NCBI GenBank assembly: GCA_963751665.1
Contig: CAVVVF010000009.1
Span: 107,344 to 171,343 of the forward strand
Reading direction: 5' to 3'
DNA from: an uncultured Actinomycetes bacterium
GTDB lineage: Bacteria; Actinomycetota; UBA4738; HRBIN12
DNA length: 64,000 nucleotides
A program made the translations under genes and the position numbers. The notes beneath the pieces were generated by a model. That model saw only the letters and a program-made list of their open reading frames with translations. It did not search any database and was not told where the DNA came from. How positions within the stretch are numbered: the first letter of the stretch is position 1; every line of letters starts with the position of its first letter. Shown piece by piece: positions 22,628 to 32,192 of this stretch.

Positions 22628-23917
22628 ATGAACGGGTTGGACGACCTCAGCCGGCGGGACTTCCTGAAGCTGACCGCCGCAGGCGCCGGCATGGCCAGCA
22701 TGTCGGCCATCCTGGCGGCCTGCAGCAGCGAGAGCAGCCAGAGCACCACCACGCTGAACGCCCTGTTCATGCAACAGGCGGCGTACAGCAACACCGACGT
22801 CCAGGGCATGGTTGACGCCTTCCAGAAGGCCAACCCCAAGATCTCGGTCAAGCCGACCTTCGTGGCCTACGAGTCGCTGCACGACAAGATCGTCACCGCG
22901 GCCCCGGCCGGCACGTACGACGTCGTGCTGATCGACGTCATCTGGCCGCCGGAGTTCGCCACGAAGAACGAGATCATCGACGTCACCAACAAGTTCCCGT
23001 CGAACTGGACGAGCGAGATCTTCCCCGGCGCGCTCCAGACCGCTGAGTACCAGGACAAGTTCTACGGGGTCCCGTGGATCCTCGACACCAAGTACTTCTT
23101 CTACAACAAGGACATCCTCAAGGCGGCGGGCGTCAAGTCCACGCCCAAGACGTGGGACGACGTCTTCGCCGCGGCCAAGCAGATCAAGTCGAGGCACATC
23201 ATCCAGTACCCACTGATCTGGAGCTGGGCCCAGGCCGAGGCCGTGATCTGCGACTACGCGCAGCTGCTGGGGGCGTACGGCGGGCAGTTCCTGGACTCGA
23301 GCGGCAAGCCCGCCTTCAACACCGGCGGCGGCCTCACGGCGCTCGAGATCATGAAGAAGAGCATGGACGACGGGACCACGAACCCGGCCTCGGCGGAGTC
23401 GCTCGAGACCGATGTGGTCAAGATCGTCTCCCAGGGCCAGGCGGCGATGGCGCTCAACTGGACGTTCATGTTCTCCTTGGCCAACGACCCGAGCCAGAGC
23501 CAGGTGGCCGGCAACGTCGCGGTTGCCCACACGCCGAGCGGCCCCGGCGGGGCGGCGCCCGGCTGCAACGGGAGCATGGCCCTCAGCATCGGCTCGGGGA
23601 GCCAGCACAAAGATGAGGCCTGGACGTTCATCCAGTTCATCACCAGCCAGGACATCCAGAACCAGTACGCGAAGCTGTCGCTCCCCATCTGGAAGAGCTC
23701 CTACGACCAGCCCGAGGTGGTGAGCACCCTTCCCGAGGTCGTGGCGGTGGCCAAGACGCAGCTGAACGACATGATCCTTCGCCCCCAGGTCCCGAGCTAC
23801 AACGAGGCGTCGGCGGCCCTCCAGCTCGAGATCCAGAACGCCCTGACCGGCAACAAGACGCCGAAGCAGGCCCTGGACGACGCGGCCGAGGCGTGGGGAG
23901 GGCTCCTCCAGAGCTAG
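22628..23917 (+). CDS. ABC transporter sugar-binding lipoprotein (family 1), Tat signal
   Basis: SRRDFLK twin-arginine motif, lipobox ILAACSS, and length and composition typical of family-1 SBPs. Confidence 0.85.
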   Translation: MNGLDDLSRRDFLKLTAAGAGMASMSAILAACSSESSQSTTTLNALFMQQAAYSNTDVQGMVDAFQKANPKISVKPTFVAYESLHDKIVTAAPAGTYDVVLIDVIWPPEFATKNEIIDVTNKFPSNWTSEIFPGALQTAEYQDKFYGVPWILDTKYFFYNKDILKAAGVKSTPKTWDDVFAAAKQIKSRHIIQYPLIWSWAQAEAVICDYAQLLGAYGGQFLDSSGKPAFNTGGGLTALEIMKKSMDDGTTNPASAESLETDVVKIVSQGQAAMALNWTFMFSLANDPSQSQVAGNVAVAHTPSGPGGAAPGCNGSMALSIGSGSQHKDEAWTFIQFITSQDIQNQYAKLSLPIWKSSYDQPEVVSTLPEVVAVAKTQLNDMILRPQVPSYNEASAALQLEIQNALTGNKTPKQALDDAAEAWGGLLQS

Positions 23918-23918
23918 C

Positions 23919-24833
23919 GTGCGCCGCAAGCGTCGGCTGGGCCCGTTCCAGGTTCCGGTGCCGGGCGCGGCGGGCACGGCTCTGCTGCTGCTCGTCCCCA
24001 GCCTCATCGTCGTCTTCGGGATCGTGGTCTATCCGCTGGGGCGCACGCTGTACACGTCGTTCTTCGACGTGAACAGCCCGTTCCCCGGCCACTACCCGTT
24101 CGTCGGCCTAGGGAACTACCGGCGGACGTTCACCAACCCCGCGTTCTGGGCCGCCATCCGGCGGACCGCGTACTTCACGGTCGTCTCGACGTGGTTCGAG
24201 CTCCTCCTCGGCATCCTGCTCGCCCTGCTGTTGAACGCGCGGTTCCACGGGCGAGGGGTCCTGCGGGCCATCGTGATCCTGCCCTGGGCCCTGCCGACGA
24301 TCGTCAACGGGCTGATGTGGCGGTGGATCTTCAACCCCGAGTACGGGGCTCTGAACGCGCTCCTCACCCAGCTCCACGTGATCTCGGGCTATCGGTCCTG
24401 GCTGGGGAGCCCGCTCCTGGCGCTGAACATGGTGATCGTGGCCGACGTGTGGAAGACCACGCCGCTCGCGGCGTTCCTGGTGCTCGCCGGCATGCAGACC
24501 ATCCCCCGGGAGCTCCACGAGGCCGCCCGTGTGGACGGGGCGGGGCCCATCCGGGGGTTCTTCAGGGTGACGCTTCCCTTGCTGGTCCCGAGCATCCTCA
24601 TCATCCTGGTCGTGCGGACGATCGAGGCGTTCAAGGTGTTCGACATCATCTACATCATGACCCGGGGAGGGCCGGCCAACGGGACCCAGTCCATCGCCTA
24701 CTACGCCTACATCCAGGCCTTCTCCAACCAGCTGTTCGGCTACGGGAGCGCGCTCGCGTACGTGATCGCGCTGTTCATCCTGGTGTTCGCGCTCATCTAC
24801 ATGAGATTGCTGAGGACCGAGTTTGCGTACTGA
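23919..24833 (+). CDS. Sugar ABC transporter permease
   Basis: 6 TM segments. EAA loop ..ELHEAARVDGAGPIRGFFRVTLPLL... Confidence 0.85.
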   Translation: MRRKRRLGPFQVPVPGAAGTALLLLVPSLIVVFGIVVYPLGRTLYTSFFDVNSPFPGHYPFVGLGNYRRTFTNPAFWAAIRRTAYFTVVSTWFELLLGILLALLLNARFHGRGVLRAIVILPWALPTIVNGLMWRWIFNPEYGALNALLTQLHVISGYRSWLGSPLLALNMVIVADVWKTTPLAAFLVLAGMQTIPRELHEAARVDGAGPIRGFFRVTLPLLVPSILIILVVRTIEAFKVFDIIYIMTRGGPANGTQSIAYYAYIQAFSNQLFGYGSALAYVIALFILVFALIYMRLLRTEFAY

Positions 24834-25710
24834 GGTGCTAAAGGCTCGCAGGAGGCGACGGCGCGGCAAGCGCGCCGCGTACCTGGTGTTCATCTACGCG
24901 GCGGCCGTCCTGACCGCGGCGATCGTCCTCGCGCCGTTCGCCTGGCTCTTGATCTCGAGCGTGGCCTCCCCGGTCGACCTGCTGGCCCGGCCCCTGAAGT
25001 GGATCCCGGCGCACATCTCGTTCGACCGGTACGCGAGCATCTTCCACGCGGGAACGAACGACGCGGCGGCCGACTTCCGCTCCGGGATGATCAACAGCGC
25101 CATCATCGCGTCGAGTTCCGTGGCCATCTCCATGGCCGTCGGGATCTTCGGCGCGTATGCCTTCGCCCGGATCGATTTCCGGTTCCGCCGCACGTCGCTG
25201 CTGTTCTTCCTGTCGACGTACATGCTTCCCCCCATCGCCATCCTGATCCCGCTGTACCTGACGATGGTGCGGCTCCACCTCCTCGACACGAAGATCGGGT
25301 TGATCATCGTGTACTGCTCGTTCATCACGCCGTTCGTCCTGTGGATCCTGAGCGGGCACTTCCGGACCATCCCCCGGGACCTGGAGGACGCGGCCAGGAT
25401 CGACGGGGCCAGCCGGCTGGGAGCGCTGTTCCGCGTCACCCTGCCGCTCGCCCGGTCGGGGCTCCTGGCGACCGCCCTGTTCGGGTTCCTCCTGGCGTGG
25501 GACGAGTTCCTGTACGCGCTGATCTTCACCAGCTCGGCGCAGGCGAAGACGATCCCGGTGGCCATCGCGGAGTTCCAGGGGCGGTTCACGGTCGATTTCG
25601 GGCTGGTGGCGGCGGGTGGGATCCTGGCGGCCATCCCACCGCTCCTGATCGCGTTCGCCTTCCAGCGCTACATCGTGAGCGGGCTCTCGTCGGGCGCAGT
25701 CAAGGGCTGA
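24823..25710 (+). CDS. Sugar ABC transporter permease
   Basis: EAA loop ..DLEDAARIDGASRLGALFRVTLPLA... Confidence 0.85.
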   Translation: MRTEVLKARRRRRRGKRAAYLVFIYAAAVLTAAIVLAPFAWLLISSVASPVDLLARPLKWIPAHISFDRYASIFHAGTNDAAADFRSGMINSAIIASSSVAISMAVGIFGAYAFARIDFRFRRTSLLFFLSTYMLPPIAILIPLYLTMVRLHLLDTKIGLIIVYCSFITPFVLWILSGHFRTIPRDLEDAARIDGASRLGALFRVTLPLARSGLLATALFGFLLAWDEFLYALIFTSSAQAKTIPVAIAEFQGRFTVDFGLVAAGGILAAIPPLLIAFAFQRYIVSGLSSGAVKG

Positions 25711-25728
25711 CTTCACGCAGCGCGGGCG

Positions 25729-26499
25729 CTAGCGGGCGGTCCAGCCCCCGTCGATCAGGATCGTCTCGCCGGTGATGAGCGACGCCGCCGGTGAGGCCAG
25801 GAACACCACGGCGCCCGCGACGTCCATCGGCTCGCCGATCCGGTGGAGCCCGGCGATCCGCTCCAGCACGTCGGCCCGGAACTCGGGATCGGCGAGCGCC
25901 GCCTCGGTTCCGGGGGTGGAGATGAACGTCGGCGCCACGGCGTTCACCGTTATGCCGTGCTGGCCCCACTCGACGGCCAGGCACTTCGTCAGATGCACGA
26001 TGGCGGCCTTGGTCAAGCAGTAGACGGACTCGGTGGGAAGGGCAACGAAGCCGGCCTGCGAGCTGAGGTTGATGATGCGCCCGTTCCCTTGCTTGATCAT
26101 GGCTCTGCCGGCGGCCTGGCTGGCGAAGAAGGTCCCCTTCACGTTCACCGCGACGGTCAGGTCGAAGTCCTCCTCGCGGACGTCCTCGGCCGGGTTCTCG
26201 GGCCCGAGTCCGGCGTTGTTCACCAGGATGTCGAGCCGCCCTAGCCGCTCCACGGTGTCGTCCACCGCGCGGAAGACCTGCTCCATGCGGGTCACGTCCA
26301 TCTGGAGCGGTAACGCGCGGTGGCCCAAGCGTTCGACCTCGGAGGCGACGTCGCCGGCGGCGTTCGCGTCGCGAAGGCCGAGCGCCACGTCCGCGCCGGC
26401 GTTCGCCAGCGCGAGCGAGATGGCGCGCCCCAGCCCGCGCGCGGCGCCGGTCACCAGCGCCACCTGCCCGTTCAGGTCGAAACGGGGGAACTCGTCCAT
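25729..26499 (-). CDS. SDR-family oxidoreductase (KduD/gluconate-dehydrogenase-like)
   Basis: TGAARGLGRA cofactor motif, NNAG, catalytic YCLTK. ATG at 26499 with a GGGAGGAG RBS. Confidence 0.85.
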   Translation of the reverse strand: MDEFPRFDLNGQVALVTGAARGLGRAISLALANAGADVALGLRDANAAGDVASEVERLGHRALPLQMDVTRMEQVFRAVDDTVERLGRLDILVNNAGLGPENPAEDVREEDFDLTVAVNVKGTFFASQAAGRAMIKQGNGRIINLSSQAGFVALPTESVYCLTKAAIVHLTKCLAVEWGQHGITVNAVAPTFISTPGTEAALADPEFRADVLERIAGLHRIGEPMDVAGAVVFLASPAASLITGETILIDGGWTAR

Positions 26500-26568
26500 C
26501 CGGCTCTCCTCCCGACTGCGGTTGTCTTGACCGCCGACGCCGGGGGAGCGTAGCATCCGCCCGAATAG

Positions 26569-26585
26569 TTAGGAAAGTTTCCTTA
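26569..26585. promoter_or_regulatory. Palindromic operator copy 3 (core 26571-26583)
   Basis: TTAGGAAAGTTTCCTTA in the divergent region between the SDR gene and the ROK regulator gene. Confidence 0.7.
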
Positions 26586-26586
26586 G

Positions 26587-27816
26587 CACTGGAACGAAGG
26601 GGGACGAACGGGCGCCGACCAGACCTTCGCGGCGGGCACACCGAGCCTGCTCAAGGCGATCAACGAGCGCACGGTCCTCGAGTTCATCCGCCAGGTCGGG
26701 CCGGTCTCGCGAGCTCAGATCGCCAGGGACAGCGGCCTGTCCAAGCCCACGGTCTCGCAGGCGCTCGTGGCCCTGGAGCGAGGTCGTCTGGTCCGGCCGG
26801 CCGGCCGGTCGATCGGGGGCAAGGGGCCGAGCGCGGTGCTGTACGAGCTGAACCCCCGGGCCGGCTGGGTGGTCGGGATCGACGTCGGAAGGTCAGTCGT
26901 CCGGGCCGCGATCGGCGACCTGAACGGCGACATCGTGGCGCGCCGCGACGAGCGGGCCAGGGCGACCAGGGCCGACACCCTCATCTCGCAGATCGGAGAG
27001 GTTGCCCGGGCGCTGGCCGACGAGGCCGGGATCAAGTGGAAGCAGGTCACGTTCGCCACGGTGGGGAGCCCGGGCGTCTTCGAACCCTCGCGCGGCCTCG
27101 TCTCGCTCGCCCACAACCTGCCGGGCTGGGGGCGTCACGGCCTGGTGGAGGCGGTCCAGCGGGAACTCGGCACGAACATCGCGTTCGAGAACGACGTCAA
27201 CCTGGCCACCGTGGGAGAGCAGTGGCGGGGCCTGGGCAAGGACGTCGCGAACTTCGTATACCTGCATGTGGGGACCGGCGTCGGGATGGGGCTGGTGCTG
27301 AACGGGGAGCTGTACCGGGGCGCGACCGGCGCGGCCGGCGAGGTCGGGTACCTCCCTCTCGCCGCCGCCGATCCCCACGACCCCGCGAACCGGCGCCGAG
27401 GCGCGCTGGAGTCGGCCCTCGGTGCAAAGGGCGTCGTGCAGGCCGCCCGCGCAGCTGGGATGACGGCGCCTCTCACGCCGAAGAAGGTCTTCGCCGCGGC
27501 CAGGAAGGGCGACGAGCGAGCCCGGGGCGTGGTCGCGCTCGTCGCCGAACGCATCGCGCTCGCCATCGCCGCTGTGGTCCCGGTGGTGGATCCGGAGCTC
27601 GTGATCCTGGGCGGCGGGATCGCCCGGAACGGCGATCTCCTCCTCGAGCCCATCGAACAAGAGCTCCGCGCCATCTCCCCGTTCCTCCCCAGGCTCGAGA
27701 TGTCGGCCCTGGGGGAGGACGCGGAGCTGCACGGGGCCGTGGCACTGTCGCTCCAGGCGGCCCAGGATCAGCTGTTCACTCGGACCCGATCGAGGACAGA
27801 GGGGGTAGTGGGATGA
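26587..27816 (+). CDS. ROK-family transcriptional repressor (CsnR/NagC-like); true start unresolved
   Basis: wHTH ..INERTVLEFIRQVGPVSRAQIARDSGLSKPTVSQALVALE.., then the ROK sugar-kinase fold ..VVGIDVG..GVGMGLVLNGELYRG..GEVGY... There is no canonical in-frame start between the TAG at 26584 and the GTG at 26767, although the HTH is encoded there. Confidence 0.75.
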   Translation, partial: HWNEGGRTGADQTFAAGTPSLLKAINERTVLEFIRQVGPVSRAQIARDSGLSKPTVSQALVALERGRLVRPAGRSIGGKGPSAVLYELNPRAGWVVGIDVGRSVVRAAIGDLNGDIVARRDERARATRADTLISQIGEVARALADEAGIKWKQVTFATVGSPGVFEPSRGLVSLAHNLPGWGRHGLVEAVQRELGTNIAFENDVNLATVGEQWRGLGKDVANFVYLHVGTGVGMGLVLNGELYRGATGAAGEVGYLPLAAADPHDPANRRRGALESALGAKGVVQAARAAGMTAPLTPKKVFAAARKGDERARGVVALVAERIALAIAAVVPVVDPELVILGGGIARNGDLLLEPIEQELRAISPFLPRLEMSALGEDAELHGAVALSLQAAQDQLFTRTRSRTEGVVG

Positions 27817-29144
27817 AGCGGATGCTTTGCGTCTTGGCCTCGTTCGCGCTGTTCGGTGCGGCCTGCACCGCAGGCGGCGGGAGCAAGGAGCCCGTGGAGA
27901 CGGTGAACCCGAGCGGGTCGCACGCGCCGGTCACGCTCACGGTCTGGGACTACTTCACCGAACGGGAGCTCAGCAACCTCACGGGCGTGCTGAACCAGTT
28001 CAAGGCGAAGTACCCGTGGATCACGGTGGACGTCGTTCCGGGCAAGCGGCCCATCGAGTTCGTGCGGGGGATCAACGCCGGTGAGACGTTCGACGTGGCG
28101 ATCGACTCGGAGTCGACCAACGTTCCCTTCTACTGCTCGACCGGGGGGCTGGTCGACTTGACGCCGTACCTCGAGGCCGACGGCATGGACCTGACCGCCA
28201 TCATCCCGCCCGCGGCGCTCAGATACACGAGCTATCAGGGCGCGCAGTGCACGCTGCCGCTGCTCACCGATGCGTACGGGCTGTACTACAACAAGGACAT
28301 GCTGGCGGCCGGGGGCTATTCGACGCCGCCAAAGACCCTCTCCGAGCTCACCGCGATGGCCAAGAAGCTGACCGTGCGCAACCCGGACGGGTCGCTCAAG
28401 GTCGTGGGCTTCATGCCGCTCTCGACGTTCTACGAGAACACCAACATGTACAACGGGAACGCATGGGGTACCGAGTGGTACCAGGAGGACGGGAAATCGG
28501 CATTCGCGACCGATCCGGCGTGGAAGGGCATGCTCGCGTGGAACAAGGAGATGGTGGACTACTACGGGTACAACGACCTCCAGACGTTCTTCCAGCAGCT
28601 CGGCGGTCCGAACTCGGAGTGGTCCTCCGCCCACGGCTTCGAGCAAGGGAAGATCGCGATGCTCTACGACGGGGAGTGGCGGGGGACCTTCATCTCGGAC
28701 GACAAGTCAAAGGTCGACTTCGGGACGGCACCGTTCGCGGTCGCCGACGACAGGCCTGAGCTGTACGGCTCCGGCCAGGTGGGCGGAACCGTGGTCGGCA
28801 TCCCGAGGACGGCCGAGCACCCCTCGGAGGCCTGGCTGCTGGTCAAGTTCCTGACCACGGACACCAAGGCGGTGGAGACGCTGGCCAACCTGTTGGGCAA
28901 CGTGCCGACGACCTACGAGGCGCTCAAGGATCCAAAGCTCGCCAACGACCCCCTGTTCAAGCCGTTCATGGAGATCTTCCAGAACGAGCACTCCTACCTC
29001 CTGCCGCTCACGCCGGCGGCCTCGGCGCCCGCCGACCTGCTGGCGGACTTCCAGGGGAAGTGGGAGGCGGGCAAGGTCTCCGACCTCCAGGCCGGGCTGG
29101 AGGATCTGGCCAACGCGGTCGACCAGCAGGTGGGCCTGGGGTGA
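27813..29144 (+). CDS. ABC transporter sugar-binding lipoprotein (family 1)
   Basis: Signal peptide plus lipobox FGAAC. The ATG overlaps the ROK stop (ATGA). Confidence 0.85.
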   Translation: MKRMLCVLASFALFGAACTAGGGSKEPVETVNPSGSHAPVTLTVWDYFTERELSNLTGVLNQFKAKYPWITVDVVPGKRPIEFVRGINAGETFDVAIDSESTNVPFYCSTGGLVDLTPYLEADGMDLTAIIPPAALRYTSYQGAQCTLPLLTDAYGLYYNKDMLAAGGYSTPPKTLSELTAMAKKLTVRNPDGSLKVVGFMPLSTFYENTNMYNGNAWGTEWYQEDGKSAFATDPAWKGMLAWNKEMVDYYGYNDLQTFFQQLGGPNSEWSSAHGFEQGKIAMLYDGEWRGTFISDDKSKVDFGTAPFAVADDRPELYGSGQVGGTVVGIPRTAEHPSEAWLLVKFLTTDTKAVETLANLLGNVPTTYEALKDPKLANDPLFKPFMEIFQNEHSYLLPLTPAASAPADLLADFQGKWEAGKVSDLQAGLEDLANAVDQQVGLG

Positions 29145-29164
29145 GGGTGAGGGCGGGCGGCTGA

Positions 29165-30127
29165 GTGGCGACGACCCTGAGCGCGAGGGTCGGCGGGGCG
29201 GCGCCGGCGGCGATCCGCCGGCGCCGCCCCCGCAGCGGGCGGTTCCGACGCATCGCGATCGTGTTGCTGTTCATGTCGCCGTGGATCATCGGGTTCTTCG
29301 CGTTCATCCTCTACCCCATGCTGGCCAGCCTGTATTTCTCCTTCACCAGGTACAACCTGCTTCAGCCTCCTGAATGGGTCGGGCTGTTCAACTACAAGTT
29401 CATGTTCCTGCACGATCCGCTGTTCTGGCAGTCGGTCAGGAACACGGTCTGGATCGTCGTCTTCGGCGTTCCGGTCTCCATCGTGTTCGCGGTGGGGACG
29501 GCGATGGTGCTCACCCGGGTCAAGGTGGGGTCCAGCGTCTACCGGACGATGTTCTTCCTGCCGACCATGGTCCCCGCCGTGGCGGCCACGCTGGCGTTCG
29601 TGTTCCTGCTCAACCCCTCGGGCCCCATCAACACGATCCTGCGGCTCCTGCACATCCCCCAGCCTCTGTGGTTCGCCAGCCCGCAGTGGTCCAAACCGGC
29701 GCTGGTTGGCCTGAGCCTGTGGGCGATCGGAGAGACCATGATCATCTTCCTCGCGGCCCTCCTCGACGTGCCGCGCCAGCTGTACGAAGCGGCCGACATG
29801 GAGGGCGCGGGGCCGTGGCAGAAGTTCCGGCACGTGACCCTGCCGATGATCTCGCCGGTCATCTTCTTCTCGGTCGTCATCGGGGTCATCTTCGGGTTCC
29901 AGTACTTCACCCAGGCCTACATCGCCTCCGGCGGCCAGCTCCACCTGGGCGAGCCCCAGGGGTCCATGCGGTTCTACGCCGTGTGGATGTTCCAGCAGAT
30001 CCAGTACTCCCACATGGGCTACGCGTCGGCGCTCGCGTGGGTGCTGTTCCTGGTCGTCATGGCGTGCACCGTGGTGCTCATCAAGGCGTCCAGGCGGTGG
30101 GTCCACTACCAGGGAGGGTTCCGATAG
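29165..30127 (+). CDS. Sugar ABC transporter permease
   Basis: EAA loop ..QLYEAADMEGAGPWQKFRHVTLPM... Confidence 0.85.
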   Translation: MATTLSARVGGAAPAAIRRRRPRSGRFRRIAIVLLFMSPWIIGFFAFILYPMLASLYFSFTRYNLLQPPEWVGLFNYKFMFLHDPLFWQSVRNTVWIVVFGVPVSIVFAVGTAMVLTRVKVGSSVYRTMFFLPTMVPAVAATLAFVFLLNPSGPINTILRLLHIPQPLWFASPQWSKPALVGLSLWAIGETMIIFLAALLDVPRQLYEAADMEGAGPWQKFRHVTLPMISPVIFFSVVIGVIFGFQYFTQAYIASGGQLHLGEPQGSMRFYAVWMFQQIQYSHMGYASALAWVLFLVVMACTVVLIKASRRWVHYQGGFR

Positions 30128-30213
30128 CCACCGCCTCCGTCACCGGCCCGGCCATCCGCAGGCAGATCGTGCCTCGGGCCATCCCCGTCGAAGAACGGCG
30201 ACGGCGCCTGCTG

Positions 30214-31027
30214 ATGGCGGTGGCGAATCACTCCATCGCCATCGTCATCTCGGCCGTCTTCGTCCTGCCCTTCTTCTTCATCCTGGTCACCGCGCTGATG
30301 ACCCAGCAGCAGGCCCTGACGACCCATCTGTGGCCCAGCCCGTTCCAGTGGGGGAACTTCGCCAAGGTCTTCAGCGAGATCCCGCTGATCCGATACACGT
30401 ACAGCACCCTGGTGTACGCCGTGCTGGCAACGATCGGCGTGGTGGCGTCGTCCATCCCGGTGGCCTACGCGCTCTCTCGGATGAGCTGGCGAGGGCGCAA
30501 CGTCGCGTTCCTGCTCGTGATCTCGACGCTGATGCTGCCGGTTCAGGTCACGATCGTGCCCCTGTACGTCGTGTTCGTGCGCCTCCACTGGATCGGCTCC
30601 TTGAAGCCGCTCATCGTGCCGGCGTTCTTCGGCGACGCGTTCACGATCTTCCTGCTGCGGCAGTTCTTCCTGACGATCCCGCAGGAGCTCTCCGACGCCG
30701 CCCGGGTCGACGGAGGGGGGGAGTTCCGGATCATGACCCGGGTGATCATGCCGCTGGCGAAGCCGGCCATCGCGGCGGTGGCGCTGTTCCAGTTCCTCTA
30801 CTGCTGGAACGACTTCTTCGGGCCGCTGCTGTATACGCGGGAGCAACCCCAAGATCTGGACCCTGGCCGTCGGCCTGTCCCAGTACAGCGAGACGGTGCA
30901 CCGAAGCGTGCTGTGGAACATCCAGATGGCCGCCTCGGTCCTGTTCATGCTGCCGGTCATCGTCCTGTTCTTCCTGGCCCAACGGGTGTTCGTCGAGGGC
31001 GTCACGTTGACGGGCGTGAAGGGCTGA
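30214..31027 (+). CDS. Sugar ABC transporter permease (frame change near 30845; start may be further upstream)
   Basis: ..ELSDAARVDGGGEFRIMTRVIMPLA... The C-terminal ..WTLAVGLSQY..VFVEGVTLTGVKG is recovered in another frame. Confidence 0.75.
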
Positions 31028-31064
31028 GCGCAAGCCGTTGTCGGCGATCCGCCCGACGCATCCG

Positions 31065-32094
31065 TCACCGGCACTTGACGGTGGTCGTGCTGGCGTCGGT
31101 GAAGTTGCCCGGCTGACCGGCGGCCGTGGCCCACTCCCAGGAGTAACCCGCCCGCCGGATGCGTGATCCGCAGGATCCCGAAGGCGGCGTCCTGGGCCAC
31201 GGCCAGGTTGGCCGGCCTCTGGCCGGTGGGCAGCGGGTACTTGCTCGCGCCTCCCGTCCCCACCACGAACTCGCGGATCCCATGGCCGGGGGCGAACCGC
31301 CCGCCCGGAGCCTGGGGCCTCCACCGCTGGTAGTTGTGGGAGTGGCCGTTCACCACGACGTCGGCATGCGCTCGGTACAGCAGGCGCCATAGCGGCCTCA
31401 TCGCGGGTGACTCGCCGCTGCCGCTCGAGAACGAGAACAGCGGGTGGTGCCAGTAGGCGAGGGTGCAAGCGTAGGCGGAGGCCGGGTGGTCCGAGAGGTT
31501 CTGCTTCAGCCACTCGTGCATCTTGTTCCCGAGCCCCGGATTGGCCGGATCCGATGGGGCGCCGCAGCCGCCGCTGGCGAAGCAAAGCTCGGAGGAGAGC
31601 GCGATGAAGTGCCAGCAGACACCCTGCCCGGGAGTGCATCCCTGGGGCACGTCGAAGCTGTAGTAGCCCAGGCCGTCGGGCCCCTTCACCCGGTCCCCGA
31701 AGTACCGGAAGTACCCACGCGGTGTGGAGCTCGGATCCTGCGCGTACTCGTGGTTCCCGGGAACGGGATTGGTGTTCGCCAGGTACTGGCCCCATGTGGG
31801 GTCGTAGTAGGTCGTGTACCCAGTGTAGGAGCCGGTCGGGTACTGGTTGTCGCCGAGGGCAAGGATCAGGGTGAGCCCGGTGAGCAGGTCGGCCGTGTCG
31901 TCGTACTGGCAGTTGTCCGGCTTGGTCTCGGGGTACGGGTCGGCGTTGCAAGCGATGTCGCCGGCGGCCCCGATGACATACGAGGTCGCGGCTTGGGAGG
32001 GGCCGGCCGGGCCGATCTGCTCGGCCCGCGCGGGCGACGGCGATGCTAACGAGCCGAGCAGGAGGATCCCGAGCACGAACGCGAGCTTCTTCAT
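31065..32094 (-). CDS. Secreted calcineurin-like metallophosphoesterase (frame change near 31150)
   Basis: Signal peptide MKKLAFVLGILLLGSLASPSPARA. GDIAC, GDNQY, GNHEY, ..VVVNGHSHNYQR.. motifs. Confidence 0.7.
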
Positions 32095-32192
32095 CTTGGG
32101 TCGACCGATCGTGGACCCACCGAGGATACGGCGACCTCCGGCCCGGAGTGGGCCGGAGGTCGCGCCCCTCATCAGGAAGCGTGTTCTCCGAG

